This document shows, one piece after another, positions 25,151-37,681 of a stretch of 64,000 nucleotides of DNA (the first letter of the stretch is position 1; each line of letters opens with the position of its first letter). The DNA comes from Veleropilina oligotropha (Eukaryota). Location: positions 1-64,000 of the forward strand of contig JBEUKZ010000049.1 of assembly GCA_048128005.1 (NCBI GenBank), given 5' to 3'. The notes beneath the pieces are model-generated. The model searched no databases. It was not told where the DNA came from and saw only the letters and a list, made by a program, of their open reading frames with translations. The position numbers and the translations under genes were made by a program.

Positions 25151-25726
25151 ATGTGTAAATTTCGACTAGAAGGTATTTCTCGACTTTTTTTAGCACTAGA
25201 CTTTGTCCACGAGTTTTAAATGTAAATATTTTAGTTTTCACTAAAAATATATCGAAGGCCGCCGATTTTTCATGTAAATATAGGAAAAAATTGGAACAAG
25301 CGAACAGAAACGAAAGTGCACCGACGCACATTGCATCGATACCCTCGACGATGGCGATATTTTGGGCGAAACTGACGGCACTGTATCAATAAAGAAAGCC
25401 ACAAAATGTACGCAAAAATTCTTACTACATGGGTTATTTAGAGATGCTGCCACCTCAGCCAAAATATGGAAAAAGGTGCCATTGTTGAAAGATGTTCCGT
25501 CACGGAAAAGAGAAATGTTTTTTTAAATAATAAAAAAAAACGCACACGAGATGATCAAAACGCATAGTCAACGGGCACATATGTGGTCAAGATTAGGACA
25601 ACATCTTCAAAACCGAAGAAAATATCTAAAGGACAGGGAAAGCGGAAAGCGATCACAATTCACTGCAACACATTCAGGACCAACTTCTAACCATTCTTCT
25701 GCACTGGTACCTACTCCTGTCCATCA

Positions 25727-26600
25727 TTGGCCTCTAGATCTGATGAAATGAATACCATGGCCACCTGCCAATTGCAACCAACAGCCGCCAAAATTTCAGC
25801 GTACAAAATCCCGAAAAAACAAGTACCGGTGTCCAACCAACTGCCTGTCTTATGCTTCCAGCCAGGACAGTTGGTGAACATTATGAATCGCAATGGAACG
25901 TGTCTTGGAAGTGGAATTTTCGTATCTAATAAAGATTATGTGTTCGCTGAAGTTGTTTTGAAGACAAAATTGTCTCAAATGTTGTCTAGTTATCATGATT
26001 CAGATGAGTTGCCACAACCATGCGGTAGTATTTATCACTTCAACCAACTAGAAAAGAAACAGTTGTTTACCTGGAAACTTGTTAATATGAAGCCTTCTGG
26101 CCGTGGGAAAGCTGTCCCAATGAAGACTCCTGATCAGCCACAGGAACACGCATTCAAAAGATCCTCTTTGAAGAAAAAAGTACTGGTAACCACATGCACT
26201 GCACCATCTACAATTAAACCACCGGGCATGCCAGTACAAGTGTGCACCACTAGTACTGATCATGAATTCGAAATTGCATTGATGGAATGGGCAGAAGGCA
26301 AATTGTATCTTGGTGTATTTTAAAAGTAAAGATGGAGCAGTTGTTAAAAATTGTCCTAACTATATTGCAAAGATCACCAATGATGACGTAAAGATTTGTT
26401 CATCTATAAAATCAAACATGCTCTCTCTGAATGCCCAAAACATCCAGAGAAATCCTGATATGAAATATTGTGTGTGGAAATCAGCTGCATCTGGGCAATT
26501 GGCAAGTTATACAAAAGGAGCAAGGGAAATTAGAATCAGTAATGTGGCAGCATTCCTCGTTGAGATGAAGGATCACTTGATAACATATGATGATCAATAG
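25727..26600 (+). pseudogene. Unidentified degenerate intronless ORF (about 290 aa reconstructable)
   Basis: ORFs 25727-26323 and 26310-26600 are split by one small indel that the unit 1/2 copies lack. Confidence 0.5.
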
Positions 26601-26619
26601 TGATTTATTTCCTCTGCAG

Positions 26620-26747
26620 GCCAAGGACAACGAAGCAGAACTGTACCGTCTCCATGAGGACCTGGCCACGTCCGAGAGGCAGCGACGGTCCGCAGAGGCC
26701 GAGAGGGACGAGCTGCAGGACGAGATTGACAAGAGCGCCAACAGCAA
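26620..26747 (+). pseudogene. Orphan exon, non-muscle myosin II heavy chain rod-like
   Basis: AG|AKDNEAELYRLHEDLATSERQRRSAEAERDELQDEIDKSANSK|GTAAGT, resembling the MYH9/10/zipper rod segment AKENE...EELAAAER...ERDELADEI (from memory). Confidence 0.7.
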
Positions 26748-27053
26748 GTAAGTCAAGAAAAACAGCAAGTTAGTCGAGTACAGCAGCAAGTAAGTCAAGT
26801 ACAGCAGCAAGTAAGTCCAGTACAGCAGCAAGTAAGGCTCTTGCTTGACTGCTCTGTCTAACAGGAGTGAGTTTGAATTCTTGTCTGGGCGCTTTGTTCA
26901 GTAGACAGTCACAGTCGACCATAACTGTCTGGTGACGGCGTATTTTCCCGGGTTTTCTTCCCAAGACAATATGGATTTGTCCAGGTATGAACTTGAAGAT
27001 TGTTAAGAACGTGATATTAGTATCAAGCATAACCAAATTCAACAGCTAGTAAC

Positions 27054-27191
27054 AAAACCTAATGGATGTCATCTAGAAACGGACCAAACCTAATAGATCG
27101 GATGTCATGTAGAAGTTTACAGGCCAAACCTAATAGATGGATGTCATGTAGAAACAGGCCAAACCTAATAGATGGATGTCATGTAGAAACA
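27054..27191. repeat. Left part of the 35-39 bp minisatellite, interrupted by the LINE stack
   Basis: Same consensus as 4546-5232; resumes at 60526. Confidence 0.93.
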
Positions 27192-29921
27192 ATTGAATTG
27201 AATTGAATTGATGTTTAACGACCACGCCGACACTATAATGGTCATAATCGGGTCGGTCAAGTTAATTATATAATAGTTTAATATAAAAAGATAAAAGTTG
27301 TGATACATATTTAATAATAAAATGAAACGGGTGTGAAAAATAATAAAACGAATCAATATATTTACAAGTAAAATAGGCAATGCAAATTTGGATAAAAGCA
27401 AATCAATAAAAGGAAAATTAACATGGTATATTTACAGGTTAAAACGATATATATATGCAAAGCAATAAAATTAAAATAAAAACAAGTATAATAATAAAAA
27501 CAAGATATCATATTTGTGAAATAAAATATAAATTATAACTTGTAAAAAATATTTACTTGTTTTAAAAACTCAAATATGTTTTCGAGCTTAGTGAATTTAA
27601 ATAACTCTTGGAGTGAGTTTACCCTAAAGTGCTTTTGGCGTGCGAGATCCAAATCGACACAATCCAATAATATATGTTTAATTGTTAGGGCAGTTGCACA
27701 AGGAATACACTCAGGTGGAGGCTCCCCTTTAAGCAAGTAGGAGTGAGTGTAGTATGAATGCCCAATTCTCAGTCTGGCCAAGACGACCTCCTCTCGCCGA
27801 GATGGCCTGCAAGAGGGTCCCCAGTCACCAAGAAGAGGTTGGACATTCTGCAGTTTATTCCTTGTGCATTCACTACAAGAGTGCTGCCAAGTAGAATTTA
27901 TATATTTGTTTATGCTTTGTTTAAAATCAGTGTGGGGCAATTTGCAGTTTAGTGTGTGGTTAAAATGCGAGGCTGCCTTGGCAGCTTGGTCGGCCTTCTC
28001 ATTACCCTGGATACCGATATGGCTCGGTATCCAGCATAAAATAATGTCATTATCCGGTAAAAGGTTATTATATTTAATTAAAATATCTATAATAATAGGG
28101 TTTCTATTCACCCCCATCAATGCCTGTAAGCTAGAGAGGGAGTCTGAATAGATAATAAAACGCTTGCTATTACTCATTGATATAAAATTGAGCGCAAGCT
28201 CGATTGCCTTCAATTCTGCAGTAAATATAGTCGCGCTGCCTGGCAGACGGTTTTGAAAACATTGTCTACCAGTAACAGCGGCTGCTCCTACTAATTCTGC
28301 ATCTTTTGAACCATCTGTATATATGCTTGCACGATCTGAATATTTTAAATTGAGATCGTGCACTTTTAAGAGATAATCTGATGTGTCTGTGTTTGATTTT
28401 TTTAGTGAAGTAAGATGTAGGTCAATTTCCGGTAATTTAAGTGTCCATGGTGGAGTATCCGGAATGTAATTTGTTCTAATTTGAGCTACATGTATGCCAG
28501 TGCTTTCTAGTGCAGGTTTTATGCGAATGCCGAATGGTGCAATTTTGTTTGGTTTTGCCAGAAATAAATTTTCGTAATTAGGTGTAAATACAGTTTCGAA
28601 AGCTGGGTTAGATGGGTGTGATTTTAATTTGATTGCATATTGCAGTGATAATTTTTCACGTCTGTGTGTAAGAGATGGTTCATTTGCTTCAACATAGAGG
28701 CTTTCCATGGGTGATGTGCGGAAAGCCCCTAGTGCAAGTCGAAGCCCTTGGTTATGGATTGGATCAAGCATTTTAAGATATGAATGGCGAGCAGAGCCAT
28801 ATACTATGCTCCCATAATCAAGTTTTGATCTAATTAATGATCTGTATAGTCGTAATAAAACTGTTTTATCAGCACCCCATTCAGTATTAGAAACTACTTT
28901 CATTAGATTCAAAGCTTTCTTGCATTTAGATTTGATATATTTTATATGAGGTATGAAAGTCAGTTTACGGTCAAATATAAGGCCTAAAAATTTAAATTGG
29001 TCCACCACTGGAATCTCAAAGTCATCCAGTTTTAGCACAGGGTCGTCATGAATTTCACGACGCTGGCAGAAATGCATGCATTTAGTTTTGTCCTTTGATA
29101 ATTTAAATCCATTCTCATCGGACCATATCTGTAATTTATTTAGGCCGTATTGCAGCTGGCGTTCTATACTGTTCATATTTGTTGAACGATAGCAAATGCC
29201 AAAATCGTAAACAAACAATGAACAGTCTGTGCCAGTACTAATACATTTGACAATACTGTTGATCTTAATACTGAATAGGGTGACCGATAAAATGCTTCCT
29301 TGAGGGACACCCATCTCCTGGTCATGGATATCGGAGAGGGTGTCACCCACCTTCACTTGAAAATTTCTATCCTCAAGGAATTTCGAAATAAAATTGGGCA
29401 AGTGGCCCTTTAAACCAAAATCAAACAAATCCTTCATAATGCCGTACTTCCAAGTAGTGTCGTAGGCCTTCTCTAGATCGAAAAAAACAGCAACTAAATG
29501 TTGTCTGTTTAGGAAGGCCTCACGAACAAAAGTTTCCAGACGTACCAAGTGATCTGTGGTGCTCCGGTTGCGCCGGAACCCACATTGATATTCTGTAAGT
29601 AAATTATTTGATTCTAAGTACCAAACTAATCTCTCGTTTATCATCCTTTCCATGGTTTTGCAAATACAACTCGTCAAGGCTATGGCCCGTATTCAGAAAC
29701 CTTCCTGACTCAAACTCATTAAGGTTGACCTCACCCTGATTGAGGCTGACCTTATACTCAATGAGTATGAGGTCGACCTTAAAGAGGATAAGGTCGACTT
29801 CACCCGGTTTACAATTCACAAACGTTCCTCAACCTTACTTGAGTCGATTATCATGAGGAAAGGTTGAGGAACGATTACCCCTACCTTGAGCTTCACTCAC
29901 GTCATTGTTCACTTGTCAATT

Positions 29922-30953
29922 ATGGCGTTAAGATGGCTAAATAGAATGGAAAATGTGGCAAATGTAGAAAGAAACAGAAATGTTAGATTAAACCATTTCG
30001 ATTACAATCAATACGATGATGAGGAATTTCGTCAACGATACAGGTTAACCAAGGAGATTTTTCAGGAAATTTTGGAACTCTTGCTACCGGATTTGGAGCC
30101 ACACAATGATCGTGGTAAGCCGATATCTCAAGATATACAACTTTTGGTTGCATTGAGATTTAATGCTACAGGTTCATTTCAGCTGGCATGTTCAGATTTA
30201 TGTGGCATATCACAATCATCATCCAGTAGGATAATAAAGCGTGTTTCACACGCCATAGCGAATTTGAAAATGAGGTTCATCAGTTTTCCAGACAACCAGG
30301 AAGTTTTACCTATAAACCAGCAGTTCTGGAGACTTGGTGGAATTCCTGGTGTAGTAGGAACAATTGACTGCACACATGTTAAAATTGCGTGCCCTGGTGG
30401 CCTCAATGCAGAGTTGTTTCGGAATCGAAAAGGTTTCTTTTCAATAAACGTACAAGCAGTGTGTGGTCCTACTTTAGAAATACAGAATATTGTGGCTAGA
30501 TGGCCAGGAAGCGTTCATGACTCTCGAATATTCGACAACAGTCGCTTATGTGCAGAATTTGAGGATGGTCGCATAAATGGGATTATGCTAGGGGATGCTG
30601 GTTATGCATGCCGTCCATATTTGATGACACCAGTCGCTAATCCTCAGACACCACCACAGCGTCGATACAACGCTGCACAGATACGCACCAGGAATACAGT
30701 GGAGCGGATGTTCGGCGTGTGGAAGCGAATGTTTCCATGTTTGAGCGTGGGTCTGCGAACGAGGTTGGACACTACGCTCACGATCATTGTAGCCACAGCA
30801 GTGCTATACAATTTCATTCGCGCACGCCGTGATCCTACCGATGAGGAAGACGACGAAGAAGATGATCAGGGTGATGTAGGACATGTTCAGCAGCAGAATG
30901 GTGGCTTAGGGCATGCTGTCAGACAGACTCTCATCCAGCAGCACTTCACATAA
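29922..30953 (+). CDS. Harbinger DDE transposase (HARBI1-family nuclease), 343 aa
   Basis: Uninterrupted ORF with GTIDCTH, WPGSVHDSRIF, GDAGY and VERMFGVWK. Confidence 0.93.
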   Translation: MALRWLNRMENVANVERNRNVRLNHFDYNQYDDEEFRQRYRLTKEIFQEILELLLPDLEPHNDRGKPISQDIQLLVALRFNATGSFQLACSDLCGISQSSSSRIIKRVSHAIANLKMRFISFPDNQEVLPINQQFWRLGGIPGVVGTIDCTHVKIACPGGLNAELFRNRKGFFSINVQAVCGPTLEIQNIVARWPGSVHDSRIFDNSRLCAEFEDGRINGIMLGDAGYACRPYLMTPVANPQTPPQRRYNAAQIRTRNTVERMFGVWKRMFPCLSVGLRTRLDTTLTIIVATAVLYNFIRARRDPTDEEDDEEDDQGDVGHVQQQNGGLGHAVRQTLIQQHFT

Positions 30954-31396
30954 GGTACTCGCTATTTTATATCAAAGGCACTACAATCTTATATTCCATC
31001 AATGTCGCGACAATTTTATATTCCATTATACTTGTCTATAATATTTCGGTAGAGCTCCAACATACATATCATTTGGTGTTTATTGTCTCATTTTAATATC
31101 TATGGGCATATTCAGATATGTCCATTATATCGTGGGAAAAGCCGGCCAATTATGGACAACTGTGATATCCGAACAAAGTAATACCCAGCCGTGAAATCGA
31201 TGCAATCAAATAAGTGAATTCGGAGAGGCGTCTCTCTATCCACTCGACTACCGAGGCGGCCAAATATAGATCCCTTGCAGTATATTCCAAAAGAAAAACA
31301 AAAGTGAATGGCTTTTTTCATATTTTATATTTGAAATAAACATGGGTGTCAACATTGACGTTTATTTATTTAATTATTGCTGTCATGGTTCTTTGC

Positions 31397-32371
31397 TTAT
31401 TGCTGTTTATTTTTCTGACCCATTTCTGACCAGTAACTGTATTCCATATCCAGTACTTCCATTCTTCTTTTATGTACCTCTTTCATGCAATGCATTTTCA
31501 CTTTTAATATTTCCATTTCAGCATCGTGTTGGGAGCTTTGCATTTCCAGACACCTGGCTTGTGCTGTGCTAATCCTGGACCTTAATATGGGTGGAGACAC
31601 TTCTGACACAGGTGGTGACGAAATATCTGGCCCATTGCTGCTTGAAGACGCCACATACATCTTGTTGGATTCGACACCATCGTCGTTGCCGTCTGCAAAT
31701 TAAATATAAAATTTAAGATAATAGCAGTTGTTTGTCAATTTTTATTATATCATATATATACATTTAAATAAACAATAAACAATGGTATATTTTGTAGTAA
31801 TCGTGTATGCATGTATGTATATAAAGCAAACATCCGATTCCACGTTTTTCATATAATATGTATATGTAATAGGGACCATTTAAAACCTCGCGACCTTGAA
31901 AGCATGATAAAATTATTGCCACATGGAGTGCTTGGTAAACAATTCATATCATTGCGATGTGATGACAAATGTAATCTACATACCCTTCAATTGATGAATT
32001 GCATCGTCATCATATCTGTTATCCAAACTTTCAATTTGAGACGGAATAATTGAGGCGACGGCCCGTGCACTCTCATCTGCCTGTGGGGGCTGGTTGCCAC
32101 CTCCAGTTAATTTCGTTTCCCTCCTCTCTTTAGAAAGTGTCTTCTTTGCGCGTGATTTTATGTTGTCCCAGCATTTTTTCAACTGTTTCTGATCTCTTTT
32201 CGAGACTCCATTCTGACTATTGAACTCCTCGGTCAAAACTTTCCACATATCATTCTTTTTTTTAATACACCTGAAATCGTTTTTCTTCGATTCTAAAATA
32301 TCCTTATGTTGATTTACCAATTCGGTCAATACAGATTTCTCTAACTCGGAGAAATAATTTCGGCATGCCAT
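31397..32371 (-). CDS. Harbinger Myb/SANT-like DNA-binding protein, 2 exons (32371-31984, 31692-31397), 227 aa
   Basis: FSELEK...W..LTEEFNS...RD.KQLKKCWDNIK...TGGG. A GTATGT donor and TTTGCAG acceptor join in frame to ORF 31397-31660. Confidence 0.85.
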
Positions 32372-33938
32372 ATCAAATCCGTAGCAAACTGAACACCTTG
32401 CCCACCCCCGTAATGTACAACAAGCACGGGACAGCATGAACAATAGCTCTCAATTAGGCGACATCATGTGAGGTCAACCTGAGCCGAGGCAAACTCGAGG
32501 GACCTCTGTGAATAACAAATGCACGAAATTTGGCTGATTGTGAGGAAGACCTCATTGAGAGCGAGGTCGACCTTTCGCTCACACTCCAACACTCCTTGAC
32601 TCAACCTCACTGGAGTGTGAGTCGAGGTTGAGTTTGAGTGAGCTTTCTGAATACGGGCGTATGGGTCGATAACTGTTGGGATGTGATGTATCTTTTCCCG
32701 CCTTTGCAATTGCGATAATAATAGCCTCCCTCCACGAGGGAGGGAAGGTTCCAGTTTCCCAGATAGTATTGAATATTGCAAGTAGAGTTGTAAGTGATGT
32801 TCCAGGTAAGTGCTTAAGTAATTGATAGTGAATGTCATCAGGGCCAACTGATGTGTCATGTGCCTTGTTTAGTGAATCTGTGAGTTCCTTGTGTGAAAAT
32901 GGCTGATTGTATGACTCTGTATTGCTGGATCTAAAATTGAGCCTTGTTTTTTCTTTTTGATGCTTAAAACGGCTGAATTTTGCAGTGCAGTTGTCGGATG
33001 ATGAATTGGCAGAAAATGTATCTGCCAATGTGTTTGCAATGTCTTTAGCTGTGGTTGCTTCTGATGTATTTGTTTTAAGGTGCTTGATGCAGTTGAGTGC
33101 ATGCTTGCCGCTGATTTTACGGATCATATCACATGTTTTTTTAATAGTGGAACGAGAGTTTAGTTTGGTAATGTAGGAATGCCAGGATTCCCTTTTGCTT
33201 TGCTTGATGGTACGTCTGGCTTTTGCTCTTAATAGCCTAAAGCTATTAAGATTGTGTAGTGTTGGGTGCTGTTTAAATGTTGAAATTGCATGTATGCGTG
33301 CTTTGATTGCTTGTCTGCAGTCTTCATTAAACCAAGGTTTATTTTTGTGTTTGGCATTTGGACAGGTTTTGGGAATTGAGAGTGTTGCAATGTCATGTAG
33401 TGTTGTAGAGAAACTTGATATTGGGTCTTCGCCATGAGTTAATAGATGTGAGTGTAATTGCTCTTCGCAAAGACATTGGAATTTCTCCCAATCTGCTTTG
33501 CGAAGTTTCCACCTTTCTGTATGTTCTTGTGCTTGGTTGATTGTGCTTTCCAGGAAAATTGGAAAGTGGTCGCTTCCGTGGAGGTCCTCACCAACTTTCC
33601 AAGTAAAGTCCAGGAAAGCATTTGATTTGATTTGATGTTTAACGACCACGCCGACACTATTTGGTCATAATCGGGTCGGTCAAGTTGACTATATAATAAT
33701 TTAATATAAAATGTTAAAAGTTACGATAGTAAATACCGATGTAATAAAAGTTGTAAATAAAACAAAGCAATATATTTCCAAATAAAATAAAGTTAAGATA
33801 AAAATCAATGTAATTTAGATAAAAACAGCAATAAAATAAAATTTAAAAGCTATGATCAAATGTTTGCTAAAAACAAGTATAATAATAAACAAAATATAGA
33901 ATTGTCATAAAGGAAATAAAAATAAAATAAAATAAAAA

Positions 33939-36900
33939 TTATAACTTATAAAAAATATTTACTTGTTTTAAAAATTCAAATACGGCTTCGAGCTTATTAA
34001 GATTAAATAACTCTTGCAGTGAATTTGCCCTAAAATAGCTTTGGCGTGCGAGATCCAAATCGACACAATCCAATAATATATGTTTAATTGTTAGGGCAGT
34101 TGCACAAGGAATACACTCAGGTGGAGGCTACCCTTTAAGCAAGTAGGACTGAGTGTAGTGAGAATGCCCAATCCTCAGTCTGGCCAAGACCACCTCCTCT
34201 CGCCGAGTTGGTCTGTAAGAGGGGCCCCAATCGCCAAGAAGAGGTTGGACATTCTGCAGTTTATTCCTTGTGCATTCACTCCAAGAGTGCTGCCAAGTAA
34301 AATTTAAATATTTGTTTATGCTTGGTTTAAAATCCGAGTGTGGTAATTTACAATTTAGTATATTATTAAAATGTGAGGCTGCCTTGGCAGCATGGTCAGC
34401 CTTCTCGTTGCCTTGGATACCGATATGGCTCGGTATCCAGCATAAAACAATGTCATTGTCAGGTAAAAGGTTGTTATATTTTAATAAAATTTCCTGAACA
34501 ATTACATTTCTATCCATCTCCCTCAGTGCTTGTAAGCTAGAGAGGGAGTCTGAATAGATAATAAAACGCCGTTTAGTACTTGTAGAGATAAAATTAAGAG
34601 CAAGCTCGATTGCTTTAAGTTCTGCAGTATATATAGTCGCGCTGCCTGGCAGACGGTTTTGAAAACATTGTCTGCCAGTGACAGCGGCTGCTCCTACTAA
34701 TTCTGCATCTTTTGAACCATCTGTGTATATGCTTGCACGATCCGAATATTTCAATTTCAGATCGTGCAATTTTGAGAGATAATCTGTTGTTTCTGTGTCT
34801 GATTTTTTTAGTGATGTAAGTTGTAGGTCAATTACCGGTGCTTTTAGTGTCCATGGTGGAGTAACCGGAATGTGATTTGTTTTAATTTGACCTAAATGTA
34901 TGCCTGAGTTAACTAGTGCAGGTTTGATGCGGATGCCGAATGGTGCAATTTTGTTTGGTTTTGCCTGAAATAAGTTTTCGTAATTTGGTGCAAATACAGT
35001 TTCGAAAGCTGGGTTAGATGGATTTGATTTTAATTTAATTGCGTATTGCAGTGACAATTGTTCACGTCTGTGTGTAAGAGATGGTTCATTGGCTTCGACA
35101 TAAGAGGCTTTCCATGGGTGATGTACGGAAAGCCCCCAGTGCAAGTCGAAGCCCTTGGTTATGGATTGGATCAAGCATTTTAAGGTATGAATGGCGAGCA
35201 GAGCCATATACAATGCTCCCATAATCAAGTTTAGATCTAATTAAAGATCTATATAATCTAAGTAAAACTTTTTTATCGGCACCCCATTCAGTATTAGAAA
35301 CTACTTTCATTAAATTTAAAGCTTTTTTACATTTAGCTTTAATGTATTTTAAATGCGGTATGAAAGACAGTTTTCGGTCAAATACAAGGCCTAAAAATTT
35401 AAATTGATCTACCACTGGAATCTCAAAGTCATCCAGCTTCAACACAGGGTCGTCATGTATTTCACGACGCTGGCAGAAGTGCATGCATTTAGTTTTGTCC
35501 TTTGAGAATTTAAATCCATTCTCATCGGACCATATCTGTAATTTATTTAGGCCATGTTGTAACTGGCGTTCTATACTGTTCATATTTGTTGAACGATAGC
35601 AAATGCCAAAATCGTCAACAAATAATGAACAGTCAGTGCCAGTACTAATACATTTGACGATACTGTTTATTTTAATACTGAATAGGGTGACTGATAAAAT
35701 ACTTCCTTGAGGGACACCCATCTCCTGGTCGTGGATATCGGAGAGGGTGTCACCCACCTTGACTTGAAAATTTCTATCCTCAAGGAATTTCGAAATAAAA
35801 TTGGGCAAGTGGCCCTTTAAACCAAAATCAAACAAATCCTTCATAATCCCGTACTTCCAAGTAGTGTCGTAGGCCTTCTCTAGATCGAAAAAAACAGCAA
35901 CTAAATGTTGTCTGTTTAGGAAGGCCTCACGAACAAAAGTTTCCAGACGCACCAAGTGATCTGTGGTGCTCCGGTTGCGCCGGAACCCACATTGATATTC
36001 TGTAAGTAAATTATTTGATTCTAAGTACCAAACTAATCTCTCGTTGATCATCCTTTCCATGGTTTTACAAATACAACTCGTCAGGGCTATGGGTCGATAA
36101 CTGTTGGGATGTGATGTATCTTTTCCCGCCTTTGCAATTGGGATAATTGTAGCTTCCCTCCACGAGGGAGGGAAGGTTCCAGTTTCCCAGATAGTATTGA
36201 ATATTGCAAGTAGAGTTGTAAGTGATGTTGCAGGTAAGTGCTTAAGTAATTGATAGTGAATGTCATCAGGGCCAACTGATGTGTCATGTGCCTTGTTTAG
36301 TGAATCTGTGAGTTCCTTGTGTGAAAATGGCTGATTGTATGACTCTGTATTGTTGGATCTAAAATTGAGCCTTGTTTTTTCTTTTTGATGCTTAAAACGG
36401 CTGAATTTTGGAGTGCAGTTGTCGGATGATGAATTGGCAGAAAAAGTATCTGCCAATGTGTTTGCAATGTCTTTAGCTGTGGTTGCTTCTGATGTATTTG
36501 TTTTAAGGTGCTTGATGCAGTTGGGTGTATGCTTGCCGCTGATTTTACGGATCATATCCCATGTTTTTTTAATAGTGGAACGAGAGTTTAGTTTGGTAAC
36601 GTAGGAATGCCAGGATTCCCTTTTGCTGTGCTTGATGGTACGTCTGGCTTGTGCTCTTAATAGCCTAAATCTATTTAGATTTTGTAGTGTTGGGTGCTGT
36701 TTAAATGTTGAAATTGCATGTATGCGTGCTTTGATTGCTTGTCTGCAGTCTTCATTAAACCAAGGTTTACTTTTGTGTTTGGCATTTGGACAGGTTTTTG
36801 GAATTGATAGTATTGCAATGTCGTGTAGTGTTGTAGAGAAACTTGATATTGGGTCTTCGCCATTAGTAAGTTGATTTGCGTGTAATTGGTCTTCACAAAG

Positions 36901-37623
36901 AGATTGGAATTTCCCCCAATCTGCCTTGTGAAGTTTCCACCTTTCAGTGTGTTCTTGTGCTTGGTTAATTGTGCTTTCCAGGAAAATTGGAAAGTGGTCG
37001 CTTCCGCGGAGGTCTTCACCAACTTTCCAAGTAAAGTCCAGGAAAGCAGATGGGTCGCACATGGTAAGGTCAATGGTGGTAAGTGAACCTGTAGGTGGAT
37101 GCATGTATGTTGGCGATTTGGTAGTATTAAATAGACACATATTGTGTTTCCCAATAAAGTCCTCTATTTGATGTCCCCGTTTATCAGTGTCAGTACCGCC
37201 CCAATCAGTACTATGGGCGTTAAAATCGCCACACAGTACAAATGGGGTCGGTAGCTGATCGATGAGATCGTCAAGGTCAGTAGGATGTATGTTTATACCT
37301 GGTGGTAAGTATACCGAGCAAATAGTTATTACTCGGTGAATCGATATTTTCACTGCTACTGCCTGTAAGTTGGTGTTTAAGTTGACCTGGCTATGTGGTG
37401 TTCTGTTGTTGACGATGATTGAAACCCCCCCTGTAGCCTTGTCACCTGTGGTGACAATGTGATTATATAGTGAGTGATCTTTAATGCGTATGTTGCCTGT
37501 GAGTTTCATGTAAGTTTCATTGAGACAAAATGCTATTGGTTTGTTGTCTTGTATAAGTAAATTGATCTCATCAATATTCGGTTTAATGCCTCTACAATTC
37601 CATTGTATTAGTGTACCTGTCAT
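33939..37623 (-). pseudogene. Copy B ORF2: APE endonuclease, RT, RNase H, CCHC
   Basis: QWNCRG, GDFNAH, SDH, FVDD and RNase H motifs; frameshift near 35101 and premature stop at 34128. Confidence 0.93.
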
Positions 37624-37681
37624 GTTGTGTTGTTGGTGTATTTATGTAAGTAATTCGTGTGTAGTGCTATGCTATAATTTA

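Larger units (their letters stand above)
29684..32659. mobile_element. PIF/Harbinger DNA transposon, apparently complete (2976 bp)
   Basis: TIRs GGCCCGTATTCAGAAA / TTTCTGAATACGGGCG; 3 bp TSD TAT (29681-29683, 32660-32662); convergent transposase and Myb genes. Confidence 0.96.
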
